Positions 9,518 to 18,630 of a stretch of 64,000 bases of DNA are shown here, one piece after another (within the stretch, counting starts at the first letter, position 1; each line of letters starts with the position of its first letter). The stretch is from the NCBI GenBank assembly GCA_964462875.1, contig CAYWZQ010000007.1, positions 325 through 64,324 on the forward strand, in the 5' to 3' direction. Under the pieces are notes generated by a model, which searched no databases, was not told the DNA's origin, and saw only the letters and a program-made list of their open reading frames with translations. This stretch comes from an uncultured Nitrososphaerota archaeon (lineage in GTDB: Archaea > Thermoproteota > Methanomethylicia > Culexarchaeales > Culexmicrobiaceae). The position numbers and the translations under genes were made by a program.

Positions 9518-10603
9518 ATGGTTGAGGTAATTGAGATAGACGGATCAATAGGGGAGGGTGGTGGTCAAGTGCTTAGAACAGCACTAGCACTATCAGCTCT
9601 GAGCTTAAAGCCAGTAAGGATATATAACATCAGAGCCAAGAGACCTAATCCAGGTCTTAGACCTCAACACTTAGTAGGCTTGAAAATCCTAGCTACACTA
9701 ACAAAGGCTGAAGTTGACGGAATGAGAGTTGGTTCAACAGAAGTGCTATTTAAACCTAAAACACGTCGATCAGGCAATTTACGAATTAGCGTTGGAACTG
9801 CTGGAAGCATTTCACTTGTTTTACAGGCAATTTTGCCTGTTCTAGCATTTGCCCCCTCCAAGAGTGTAATTGAAATCACTGGTGGGACGGATGTTAAGTG
9901 GAGCCCTCCAATAGACTATGTGAAATATGTTTTCCTACCCCACTTAAAGATGATGGGGTACGAAGTTGAGGTTCAGATTCTTAAAAGAGGTCATTACCCT
10001 AAAGGAGGAGGAAGTGTTAGAGTAATAGTAGAGCCAGTAAGGAAGCTTAAACCCATAAGACTTATTGAAAGAGGAAATGTTAATTGCATTGAGGGAATAT
10101 CGCACTGCGTAAAGTTGCCTAGACATGTTGCTGAAAGACAAGCAAAAGCAGCGAAAGCTTATCTTGAGGATAGAGGGTTTAGTAATGTGAGAATAGCAGT
10201 GGAATGGCATGAGCCAAAGAGAAATCGTCATTTAGGTCCTGGAAGTGGCATAGTTCTATGGGCAAAATGCTCTGCAAAAGCCATTTTGGGCGCAGATTCT
10301 CTTGGAGAGCCCGGCAAGAGAGCTGAGAAAGTGGGTGAAGAAGCGGCTGAGAAACTAGTTGATGAAATAGATAGAGGAGCTCCCGTGGATAGGCATATTG
10401 GAGATATGCTACCTCCATACATGGCTGTAGCAGACGGTGTCTCAGAAATCTATATAACTAATCTAACGCTTCACGCTGAAACTAATATTGAAATAGTGAG
10501 CAAAATTCTCGATGTCAAATTCACAATTGAAAGGGAGAAAGGCAATAAGGCCAAGATTAGGGTTAGGGGATTAGGGTTAATTAATCAGCGGTTAGCTTGT
10601 TAG
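9518..10603 (+). CDS. rtcA: RNA 3'-terminal phosphate cyclase
   Basis: IDGS.GEGGGQ.LR, R..PGL.PQH, GGTDV..SP, YP.GGG, catalytic His in TLHAETN. Confidence 0.95.
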   Translation: MVEVIEIDGSIGEGGGQVLRTALALSALSLKPVRIYNIRAKRPNPGLRPQHLVGLKILATLTKAEVDGMRVGSTEVLFKPKTRRSGNLRISVGTAGSISLVLQAILPVLAFAPSKSVIEITGGTDVKWSPPIDYVKYVFLPHLKMMGYEVEVQILKRGHYPKGGGSVRVIVEPVRKLKPIRLIERGNVNCIEGISHCVKLPRHVAERQAKAAKAYLEDRGFSNVRIAVEWHEPKRNRHLGPGSGIVLWAKCSAKAILGADSLGEPGKRAEKVGEEAAEKLVDEIDRGAPVDRHIGDMLPPYMAVADGVSEIYITNLTLHAETNIEIVSKILDVKFTIEREKGNKAKIRVRGLGLINQRLAC

Positions 10604-11634
10604 TCTTTAGCATAGCTTTTCTTCGCTCTAAAATGCAGGGCTAACTTTACAGCTTCAGCTAGAACATCATCAACACCGACATCGTCCTTAGCAATCATCT
10701 TTGGAATAGAAGCTTTAAGGGAGCTTTCACATCTCTTTATTTGAATTGATGAAGCAATATCCACTTTATTGAGAACGGGCAAGACAGGTATTTTAGGAAA
10801 AGCACTCTTTATCTCCTTTAAGAGTGAAAGTTGCTCCTCAATAGTGTATCCGCTCGACTCCGAGGGATCGATCATGAAAATTATTGAGTCCGCAAGATAT
10901 TGAATAGCTGCTATGGCCATCCTCTCAATTCTGTTTCTCTCTGATAGAGGCCTGTCAAGCAATCCCGGGGTATCAATTATTTGAACTCTCTTGTCATTTA
11001 GCATTAAATGGCCAACTACTATTTCAGTTGTAGTAAATGGGTATTCAGCTATCCTGGGTTTTGCAGTTGATACTTTACTTACAAACGTTGATTTCCCGAC
11101 GTTGGGATAACCCGCAACTACAATTACAAGTTCATCGGGATCTACTGAAGGTACTTTACCGAGCTTGATTCTCACATCTTCTAGTAAGTTTAAATTTCTC
11201 TTTATTCTCTTTACTACTGAGAGAATTCGTCCATAAGCTTCCCTTCTCAATTTAGTAACTTCTTCAGGAGTAGTTGCCTGTCTTATTCTTCGTATGTAGT
11301 CTCTCGTGAGTCTTCGAATTATTTTCACGGAGTATCTGAGCTTTCTCCTAGATGCATCGTAATTGCTTAGGGGCACTATTAGCTCTAAAAGAGCTTTATA
11401 AAATGGATGAAGAGCATTTGATGGGGGAAGGAATTTATATACGCTAATTAGCTTGCTACATATAATGTCACTTAGAGCTCTAATCCTGGCTTCAGCTAAT
11501 CGCTTTGTTTTAATCGTTCTGGATACACGTAGCGGTATTGGTGGAGATACTTTCATGCTTCTTTGATAGGCTATTTGAATAAGCTCGGCTGCATCATGAA
11601 TTTTTGGTATTCTTGAAAATGGTTGCTGAGCCAT
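10600..11634 (-). CDS. NOG1-family GTPase
   Basis: GYPNVGKS, YPFTT, DTPGLLDRP..ERN..E, NKVD; N-terminal LHPFY. Confidence 0.93.
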   Translation of the reverse strand: MAQQPFSRIPKIHDAAELIQIAYQRSMKVSPPIPLRVSRTIKTKRLAEARIRALSDIICSKLISVYKFLPPSNALHPFYKALLELIVPLSNYDASRRKLRYSVKIIRRLTRDYIRRIRQATTPEEVTKLRREAYGRILSVVKRIKRNLNLLEDVRIKLGKVPSVDPDELVIVVAGYPNVGKSTFVSKVSTAKPRIAEYPFTTTEIVVGHLMLNDKRVQIIDTPGLLDRPLSERNRIERMAIAAIQYLADSIIFMIDPSESSGYTIEEQLSLLKEIKSAFPKIPVLPVLNKVDIASSIQIKRCESSLKASIPKMIAKDDVGVDDVLAEAVKLALHFRAKKSYAKD

Positions 11635-11887
11635 ATTTTCTCGACCTCCATACCACTTGCTTTGAATCAATAGTTCTTATCTCGACTATTCTATGGAAAG
11701 GTATTCTAGCGCGCTCATTTCCAAGGGAGTATTCGAAACTTCCCGGATTTATCTTAGTGACGCACCACATGGGTATTACCTTTAAATTATTTGGCGCACC
11801 TCTGTGGATAAACACTATCTCGTACTTTCTTGGGTCTTCCTTTGGATGCCAAATTATTCTATTTAGTACTCTTCTAATTTCGCTCAT
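11594..11887 (-). CDS. DUF504 / RNA-repair-associated domain protein
   Basis: LN.I.W, HRGAP, IPFHRI.EI, VW.R motifs. Confidence 0.8.
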   Translation of the reverse strand: MSEIRRVLNRIIWHPKEDPRKYEIVFIHRGAPNNLKVIPMWCVTKINPGSFEYSLGNERARIPFHRIVEIRTIDSKQVVWRSRKYGSATIFKNTKNS

Positions 11888-11942
11888 TTGCAAATCAATT
11901 ATAGCTTACGAAGTATATAAAGTAACTTGGGTTGTGGGCTCT

Positions 11943-12545
11943 GTGAAAAAGAAGGTAATAGTCATCCATGGTACGCCTGGAACAGGTAAAACTACCATAT
12001 CAAGATATTTGTGTAAGAGAATTGGAGCAATACACATTAACATTTCAAAGATTGTCAGAGATGAGAGGCTCTATGTGGGGGTTGATGAAAGAAGATACTG
12101 TACGTTAATAGCAGATATCGAAAAGCTAACTAAAAGACTAGTTGACTTAATAAAATCAGATGATGATAAATATTTTGTAATTGAAGGACACTTCGCCGAT
12201 ATTGTGCCGAGAGAATACGTGAAAAAGGTAATTGTCCTAAGATTAGATCCTCGAGAGCTGGAAAAAAGGCTCATTAAAAGGGGATGGCCGGAGAAGAAGA
12301 TTGCTGAAAATGTTTTAGCTGAAATACTTGATGAATGCTTAATAGAGGCAGTGAATGCTTATGGAGAGGAAGTTGTAAGGGAAATTGACGTTACTGGAAA
12401 ACAAATAGATGAGATCGTGGCCGAGATCGTTAAGGCAGTGGAGGACGGCGATGAATATAAACCTGGAAAAGTTAATTGGCTGAAAAAGCTAGAGCATGAA
12501 GGTGTGATGGATGAGTACTTAAGCTGGTTATCCTCCAAGGCCTAG
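11943..12545 (+). CDS. Atypical adenylate kinase AK6/Fap7 (hCINAP) family
   Basis: GTPGTGKTT, IEGH, RL..RGW...KI.EN..AE; GTG start at 11943 (upstream ORF extension is spurious). Confidence 0.9.
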   Translation: MKKKVIVIHGTPGTGKTTISRYLCKRIGAIHINISKIVRDERLYVGVDERRYCTLIADIEKLTKRLVDLIKSDDDKYFVIEGHFADIVPREYVKKVIVLRLDPRELEKRLIKRGWPEKKIAENVLAEILDECLIEAVNAYGEEVVREIDVTGKQIDEIVAEIVKAVEDGDEYKPGKVNWLKKLEHEGVMDEYLSWLSSKA

Positions 12546-12773
12546 AAAGCTCATTATTTTATTCCATAAATCGTTTAGTGCATTCATGAAATCTTCCGTT
12601 ACAAAGCCCAGATTTCTGACTATATCTTGTACACCACTTAGAATACCTACTACCATGGAGAACACTACAGTGAGAGTCATAATTGCCAAACCTATTAAAA
12701 GCCCCTCTTCTAAAAGAGGAGAAGCCTTTTTACACTTAAATAGAGAAATCATAGTACGTAGCATTTGCTTCAT
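12528..12773 (-). CDS. Putative small Flp-like / class III signal peptide pilin
   Basis: Basic leader FKCKKA, then SPLLEEGLLIG with Glu at +5 and a ~20-aa hydrophobic helix; 81 aa; last gene of a Tad-like cluster. Confidence 0.6.
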   Translation of the reverse strand: MKQMLRTMISLFKCKKASPLLEEGLLIGLAIMTLTVVFSMVVGILSGVQDIVRNLGFVTEDFMNALNDLWNKIMSFLGLGG

Positions 12774-12804
12774 ATATTGCCCCCAAATTTACTTTTCAAG
12801 TATA

Positions 12805-13632
12805 TTATTTAAAGGCTAGCAGCGCCGAAGCAAGGATATATGCCAGGAAATATATGGTTAGTGCAGTGATTGAGAGTAGAAGTGAGGATCTGATTCCCGT
12901 AATAAGTGACACATAATAGCTGTTAACAAGCACTAGTATAGCGAAAGCAATGAAAAGAGAAGCTGAGAATTCCTTACTGAGTCCTGTGATAATTGAGACT
13001 GAATGAAAAGTATAGTTCTGAAGTGAGAAACCTATTGTCATAATAGAGGAGAGACGAACCATAAGCGCATACACGAGAGAGGAAATCATTGCAAGTAAGA
13101 GTGCGCGCACTCTCATTTGAGACATCATGATTTCTAGCTCCAGTTTAAGGTCTCTTATTTCTCTTAAGTTTCTAATTACTTCATCCCACATCCTACCAGC
13201 TCTCTTGGGTTCCTTCTCAACTAATTTTGCAAATAACTTCAATATTCTCTTGCTTTCTGGATACAGTAAATGTGTACTTAAAGCATGTAGTAGATGTGAG
13301 GCTTTAGCACCCGAATAAAGTTGATTTTCTATAAGCAATTTTATTTTCTTCTTTAGAGAGCCATTATATTCATTGCAAGCTCTTGCAAGGGCAAATTCTG
13401 GACTGAAGTCGAGCTTTAAATATGAGGCAAGTATTGATATGAAGCTTTCTACTTCTATTAGCTCATTTTGTAAATATTTAATCTCGAATTTTCTTTTCTT
13501 GATGAATTTCCTAGCTAGCAGAAGAGAGATTATAGCAATTAATATTGTTAATGCAGTTAATACTATTCTGAAATAAATTTCATTCCTGCTAAAGATAGGC
13601 ATGAATACACTATTGAAACATTCACTATGCAT
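12805..13632 (-). CDS. TadB/TadC-like (T2SS-F/ArlJ-type) pilus platform membrane protein
   Basis: N-terminal TM segment, soluble domain with 'LASYLKLDFSPEFAL', several C-terminal TMs; downstream of a secretion ATPase. Confidence 0.6.
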   Translation of the reverse strand: MHSECFNSVFMPIFSRNEIYFRIVLTALTILIAIISLLLARKFIKKRKFEIKYLQNELIEVESFISILASYLKLDFSPEFALARACNEYNGSLKKKIKLLIENQLYSGAKASHLLHALSTHLLYPESKRILKLFAKLVEKEPKRAGRMWDEVIRNLREIRDLKLELEIMMSQMRVRALLLAMISSLVYALMVRLSSIMTIGFSLQNYTFHSVSIITGLSKEFSASLFIAFAILVLVNSYYVSLITGIRSSLLLSITALTIYFLAYILASALLAFK

Positions 13633-14465
13633 TAACCTATCACCCTCGCCAACCTACTAATGAAGCTTCTCATTAAAATGGAAAGCACAATTAATTGAGA
13701 AAGCACAAAAAAGAGGGGTAATAATGATGGGTCAATTAAAGTATACTGCCTAATTAATAGCAGTGAGGTTAGAAAGTATGTTATTGGCACTAAGAAACTT
13801 TGAACAATTATTATTAGACAGTATAGCTCAAGCTTGGAGTTCAATTTCTTAATTTGCTCTTTTACTTCTGATAATGGTTTAAAGCATATTGAAGAGAGAT
13901 TAATAGAGCGCTCTGGATAGTATGAAAGCAAGACTAGCCCGGACCTTAATGTACTAGACGGTTGATAATGAGCGTATTTTCGCAGCACTTTTTGGGGAGG
14001 AAGACCGTTCACTATGTTTAATATTAGAAAACGAGCATCATGCGATATTTCGGGATAGCTTCCTTGAGCAAGAAAGAGAAGCGCATCATGAAGCGACTTT
14101 GTAGCCGATAAAGTTATTCCAACTTCCCTTAATACTAAATATGCATATCTCGAATAAGTTAGCCGGTCAACCTCATATATGTTAATAATGTATGATGACA
14201 AGTACGTGTATAGAGCGAAAATGGTCAATATGGAGACAAGTATTGAGAGCAGTGAATTAGCTGATACCATTTGAATTAACACCGCTATTAATGAAGATGC
14301 TAGGACTGAAAGCAATATTGAACATGCTATTACCCCTTCCGGCGTTAGCTTTACTCCATACTTTAATGACAAGTATTTTACAGCTTCTCTTAAATTGCTT
14401 GAAACAAAGCGAGCAAATATTTTATTTATACTGGGAATATTAGCACTTCTATATAGACGAAACAT
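13632..14465 (-). CDS. TadB/TadC-like pilus platform membrane protein
   Basis: Two N-terminal TMs, 'SLHDAL..LA....YPEIS....NG..PQ..L..YA...PS..L' T2SS-F-like domain, two C-terminal TMs; overlaps the ATPase stop. Confidence 0.65.
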   Translation of the reverse strand: MFRLYRSANIPSINKIFARFVSSNLREAVKYLSLKYGVKLTPEGVIACSILLSVLASSLIAVLIQMVSANSLLSILVSILTIFALYTYLSSYIINIYEVDRLTYSRYAYLVLREVGITLSATKSLHDALLFLAQGSYPEISHDARFLILNIVNGLPPQKVLRKYAHYQPSSTLRSGLVLLSYYPERSINLSSICFKPLSEVKEQIKKLNSKLELYCLIIIVQSFLVPITYFLTSLLLIRQYTLIDPSLLPLFFVLSQLIVLSILMRSFISRLARVIG

Positions 14466-16548
14466 AGCTCATAAGCCTCCTTGAATCTTGGGTATTTGAT
14501 CGTAACAGAAAGTAGGCCTTGGAAAATATTTTCCTCACCTTTTTCGGCTCTGTGAAGTTTTTTCTTATTAATTTCTCAATTAGCTTTTCAATGAAATGTA
14601 GTTCCTCATAAAATGAACACTCATTCATTAGCTCTTCATTCTTAAGCTTCTTTAAAACTGGAGTATTAAATAGATCGTCAATGACTGGAATGAGCCTATT
14701 ATGAGCATCTCGTCTAAATATATCAATAATTCGCAACTCAGCGCAATTTGATTCTTGACAGCTGATTTCACAAATTCTCCAAACAATACGCTTATTGAGG
14801 AAAGGCTCTAATACTCTCTTCATACATACTATGATGTCTAACTCAGAGAGGAACGCTTTAGGCACTCTATAGTGGAATAACCATTTGTTAAGTAGAGCAT
14901 CCGGAGAGGAAGCATGACATGTCCCTAGGCATTTGAGTCCAGACATTAAAGCGTAGAATAGAGCATGAACATGCTCTCGCGTAAGCACCTCACCTATGAA
15001 CAGATAGTTTGGTGATCTATGGAGAAGCTTTATGACCTCATAGTATTTACGCCTCATGGGCGAGAGATGTTCGAACGGATCAACTCTATATCTTACCTGA
15101 AACTGGTTTGAATTAAATTCTTCAACTGTTTCAATGGCTGATTCAATAGATACTTTTCTCCAATGGGGTGGAGTTACCATGTCCAATGCATTAATTAAAG
15201 TAGTTTTTCCAGATGCAGGTTCACCTACTGCAATTATGCTTCTCTTATGGAAAAGGCAGAATATTAAATATGAGGCAGCTTTCAGAGATAAAGTGTTGTT
15301 TTTAATTAAATCTATTATTGTCAGCGGCTTTCTTTTGAAACGCCTAAAAATCAATGCAGGACCATCAACGGCTAGCGGAGGGATATCAATTGAAGCCCTT
15401 ATGTGAAAGAATTTTGTCCTTACATCTGTTTTAAGAGAGGGAGAAGTTACGTCAAGTCTAAGACCGCTTTCTGCCTTGAGTTGAGTAATTAGCCTCTCCA
15501 CATCATAACGCGTTACAATGACATTACTTTTGCATCGACCTAATTTTGCATGATCTAGATATATAACTGAATTTGGAGAGTCAATAAAAATTTCCTCTAC
15601 ATTATCATCGAGAAGAAATGGAATTAGCTTTGCAAAACCTATGGAATCAAGGCTAGCTATTAGGGAAAGTGTCTTTCTTTGCTTACTTGGGACTTCAGGG
15701 TATAACTCTTTCAAGGCCTTGAGTGCATACTTGATACGAGCAGTCATAATTCTCGAGATAAATCCATGGCCAGCTTTAATGTGCCCAATATTTTTTAACT
15801 GCGCAATTAGACTTAGAGACCAAACCACTGGAAGCAGAAATATGACATCATCAATATAGCTCACTATATATATTGGGCCTTCTCGCTGAGAGCTCGATGC
15901 TATTGAAATCCTGAAGAGATCACCTATTGTATAGCTCAAGATGCTTGATTTCGCATTAATTTCACTATTTTTAGATAATTTGTTTAAATCTATAAATTCA
16001 AGTATGGAAGATGAATTATCAATTAAATGAAGAATTCTTTGAATACTCTTTCTAATTCTTTTATCAAAATATTTATAATAATATTTATCAATTATTTCTT
16101 TTAATCGATTTACTTTCTCTAAATTATAGTAAATAGATTTATTGCCAATGGATATGAGACGTACGAGTTCATTGTTATGTGTGCAGTTGCTAGATACATT
16201 AGTAAAACGTTCTACTCTACTTGAAGTTTCTCTCTTGAGTAATTGACTTATGGTTTTTCGGCTCTTAAATCTTAAATCATATATTAGATCGGCTAAGGCA
16301 GTTATCAGCTCTTCATTAAGATCTTTACAGGGGAAATTAATTTTTATTCTTGAATTTGAGTTGTAAAGTTTTTGAATAAAAAATTTGCATGAAGCGATTG
16401 CGAAGGCTAATGAGGCAACGCAGTAGTTGTCTCCTAAAAAAAGTTTTGCTTCGCAATTTCGTGGGCAACCAAATCTCAAAACTATTGAATTTTGAGTTTT
16501 AAAGCGAACTAGGGGGGAAAGAAAGCAGATAATACCCTTTGGAACCAC
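14449..16548 (-). CDS. CpaF/TadA/VirB11-family pilus assembly ATPase (divergent)
   Basis: L.D..VEEIFID, PPLA.DGP...RRF, Walker A GEPASGKTT, Walker B HRSPNYLFIGEV, His box TCHA. Confidence 0.85.
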   Translation of the reverse strand: MVPKGIICFLSPLVRFKTQNSIVLRFGCPRNCEAKLFLGDNYCVASLAFAIASCKFFIQKLYNSNSRIKINFPCKDLNEELITALADLIYDLRFKSRKTISQLLKRETSSRVERFTNVSSNCTHNNELVRLISIGNKSIYYNLEKVNRLKEIIDKYYYKYFDKRIRKSIQRILHLIDNSSSILEFIDLNKLSKNSEINAKSSILSYTIGDLFRISIASSSQREGPIYIVSYIDDVIFLLPVVWSLSLIAQLKNIGHIKAGHGFISRIMTARIKYALKALKELYPEVPSKQRKTLSLIASLDSIGFAKLIPFLLDDNVEEIFIDSPNSVIYLDHAKLGRCKSNVIVTRYDVERLITQLKAESGLRLDVTSPSLKTDVRTKFFHIRASIDIPPLAVDGPALIFRRFKRKPLTIIDLIKNNTLSLKAASYLIFCLFHKRSIIAVGEPASGKTTLINALDMVTPPHWRKVSIESAIETVEEFNSNQFQVRYRVDPFEHLSPMRRKYYEVIKLLHRSPNYLFIGEVLTREHVHALFYALMSGLKCLGTCHASSPDALLNKWLFHYRVPKAFLSELDIIVCMKRVLEPFLNKRIVWRICEISCQESNCAELRIIDIFRRDAHNRLIPVIDDLFNTPVLKKLKNEELMNECSFYEELHFIEKLIEKLIRKNFTEPKKVRKIFSKAYFLLRSNTQDSRRLMSYVSSI

Positions 16549-16580
16549 GGGCTTTCACCTTGACAATAAATAGTGTGACA

Positions 16581-17564
16581 TTAGTTTAGCAACGAGGAGC
16601 ATTTAATTCCAAGCTCTTTTGAAATTATCTTGAAATGCTGTCTTATGGTGTACTCGGTTGTTTTGAGACTCATGGCAAGCGCTTTTTGGGATAGTACAGG
16701 TTTATAACCATGCTGTTGTGCAATTACTTTATCAGCTGTATAGACTATTGAAACAGCCATTAGATATGGATTTTTCCCCATTTTTATATGTTTACTGAGA
16801 ATATTAGATATTTTATATGATAATTTAATTAATTCATTGAAGTAGTGTTCTTGGTTTATTTTATTCTCTCTTAGTTTTTCAATTATTCTTTCATTATTTT
16901 TTAATTCGTTTATTACTCTAGGTATATAATTTCCTATCGCACTAAACTTCCAATCTATATTTAACTTTCTAGATATTAAGAAAGCAGTTTTCAATAGAGT
17001 TCTCGCGACAACTCTATGACCCATTTTTGAAAAAGCATCAACAATCTCCTTTAATGTCACTGGATAACCTAATTCGCGAACAGCTAACAATAGAGATGCA
17101 GCAGCAATTCTATAGCTTGAACCAAACTTCTTTGCTTGTTTCATGGCTTTCAAGTAAATATATGATGCACGATGAAAAACATGCTTCGGAACTCCGAGAT
17201 TTGAACAAGCTCTTCTAAGAGAACAGAGTGCACCTAATAAAGACTTGTATGGCGCTATGGAGGACAGGTGATGTAGTGAGCTTAACCTCATAAATTTCAG
17301 TATTTTCTCACTATCTTCCACTCTATTAGATAAATCTCTAAACCCAATTATTACGCTTCCAAGCCAACCATCCTTAATGGGCTTACCGTCAGGGCTTACA
17401 TAAACCCTATTTGGAGCAGAGAAGTCCGAGAGAGGTTCTATTTCAAATAAAGGTGGAAGATATATTTTATCGTTGACTAAGCCGCAATTGGAGCATACTA
17501 GCTCTCCATGATCTGAGATCACTAATCTACCGCCGCACTCTTTACATTTTATACCGTCGTTCAA
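16581..17564 (-). CDS. Divergent transcription initiation factor IIB (TFB) paralogue
   Basis: N-terminal Zn ribbon CKECGG...GELVCSNCGLV; cyclin repeat 1 'IAAASLLLAVRELGYPVTLKEI'; repeat 2 'GKNP...A...Y....SQK.LA....TEYTIR'. Confidence 0.85.
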   Translation of the reverse strand: MNDGIKCKECGGRLVISDHGELVCSNCGLVNDKIYLPPLFEIEPLSDFSAPNRVYVSPDGKPIKDGWLGSVIIGFRDLSNRVEDSEKILKFMRLSSLHHLSSIAPYKSLLGALCSLRRACSNLGVPKHVFHRASYIYLKAMKQAKKFGSSYRIAAASLLLAVRELGYPVTLKEIVDAFSKMGHRVVARTLLKTAFLISRKLNIDWKFSAIGNYIPRVINELKNNERIIEKLRENKINQEHYFNELIKLSYKISNILSKHIKMGKNPYLMAVSIVYTADKVIAQQHGYKPVLSQKALAMSLKTTEYTIRQHFKIISKELGIKCSSLLN

Positions 17565-17722
17565 ATCCTACACCCCCTAAAAAGCAATTATAAAAATAAT
17601 AAATATTAACTTTTTCTTACAACTTTATTCGATTAATTTCTATTGTTATACTATAAAACATATATATTATGTACTTAATTGATTGGTTAAATAGGGGAGA
17701 GAGAAGAGTGAAAGTATTGGAA

Positions 17723-18097
17723 TTATGCTTGCTTAACTATACCAATCCACACCTTCTCTATGCCCTTAGCCACTTCAGTTTTAGTTTCAATTCTAAACTG
17801 TAGTCCATGAATGGATATCCAGTACCTAACCTTGTCATTTAATGGTACTTTTTTGTAAACAATTCCCTCGCATAGAATTAGTGGTTGCCCACGCTTGCTT
17901 AGCTCATCAATTGATAGCGGACTGCTCGATAGTACTAGAGCCACCTTATCGTTTGGAGAGATTTTCCCTCCAATGAGCTTTTCGGGTAATTCGCCTAGTA
18001 CGTGAGAGCCATTTGCTCCCGTTAGGTGCAGTATTAGAATTCCCTTGATTTCTGATTTCTCTATCTTGCTAATAGTTAAGGGAATGCAGTTGCTCAT
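17723..18097 (-). CDS. rpo8: DNA-directed RNA polymerase subunit Rpo8 (RpoG, Rpb8 homologue)
   Basis: 'ISKIEKSEIKGILILHL' and 'GIVY...ISIHGL' match the recalled Rpo8/Rpb8 OB-fold pattern; divergent from SmAP3-tgtA as in Crenarchaeota. Confidence 0.75.
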   Translation of the reverse strand: MSNCIPLTISKIEKSEIKGILILHLTGANGSHVLGELPEKLIGGKISPNDKVALVLSSSPLSIDELSKRGQPLILCEGIVYKKVPLNDKVRYWISIHGLQFRIETKTEVAKGIEKVWIGIVKQA

Positions 18098-18171
18098 TAT
18101 TGCTCGCCGAAAGTTTATTGAATAAGAAAACAAATAAATTCTTTTGCGCCAATTGGATTGGAGGCTGGTTT

Positions 18172-18618
18172 ATGGCAAGTAGCTTAACTGCGCCTGGAAG
18201 CGCGAGGTTTCTTAGAGAACTAGCTTCATTGCTTGACAAAACAGTGAGTGTAAAAACCGTTCATGGAAGGACATACTTTGGTAAATTAATTGGATATGAT
18301 CCAAATACGCTGAGCCTATGCCTCTCAGAGGCAAAAGATGAGCAAGGTTCGGTATATGCGAGAGTATTTATACGTGGGGACGTGATTTCAGAAATCATAA
18401 GGCATGAAGAGCCCTTTGATTTAAGGGGATTAGCTGAAAGGCTTAAGAAAGTATTTCCGCCTGATATGATTGAACTTTACGAAGATGCAGGGGTAATAGT
18501 TGTAATGAATAAAATCAGAGTTACGGAGGAGGGGGTCATAGAGGGAAGTGGACCTGTAGCTGAGCGTGTGAGGAGAATTTATGAACAGTTTGTAGCAGAA
18601 AAGAAGAGAGAAAAATGA
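18172..18618 (+). CDS. Augmented Sm-like protein SmAP3 (Lsm with C-terminal domain)
   Basis: Sm fold (G.L.GYD...L.L, FIRGD.I) plus C-terminal domain 'FDL..LA..L...FP...GSGP.A.RV'. Confidence 0.9.
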   Translation: MASSLTAPGSARFLRELASLLDKTVSVKTVHGRTYFGKLIGYDPNTLSLCLSEAKDEQGSVYARVFIRGDVISEIIRHEEPFDLRGLAERLKKVFPPDMIELYEDAGVIVVMNKIRVTEEGVIEGSGPVAERVRRIYEQFVAEKKREK

Positions 18619-18630
18619 ATGAGAAGTTCA

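Noticed and set aside
11604-11942. Apparent 113-aa N-terminal extension of the adenylate kinase ORF
   Set aside because: It is the antisense shadow of the DUF504 gene; the kinase domain begins at GTG 11943
17710-17715. ACTTTC on the minus strand upstream of the TFB paralogue, matching the Sulfolobus ANTTTC UV-box
   Set aside because: A degenerate hexamer in AT-rich DNA about 150 bp from the start is expected by chance; no support without comparative data
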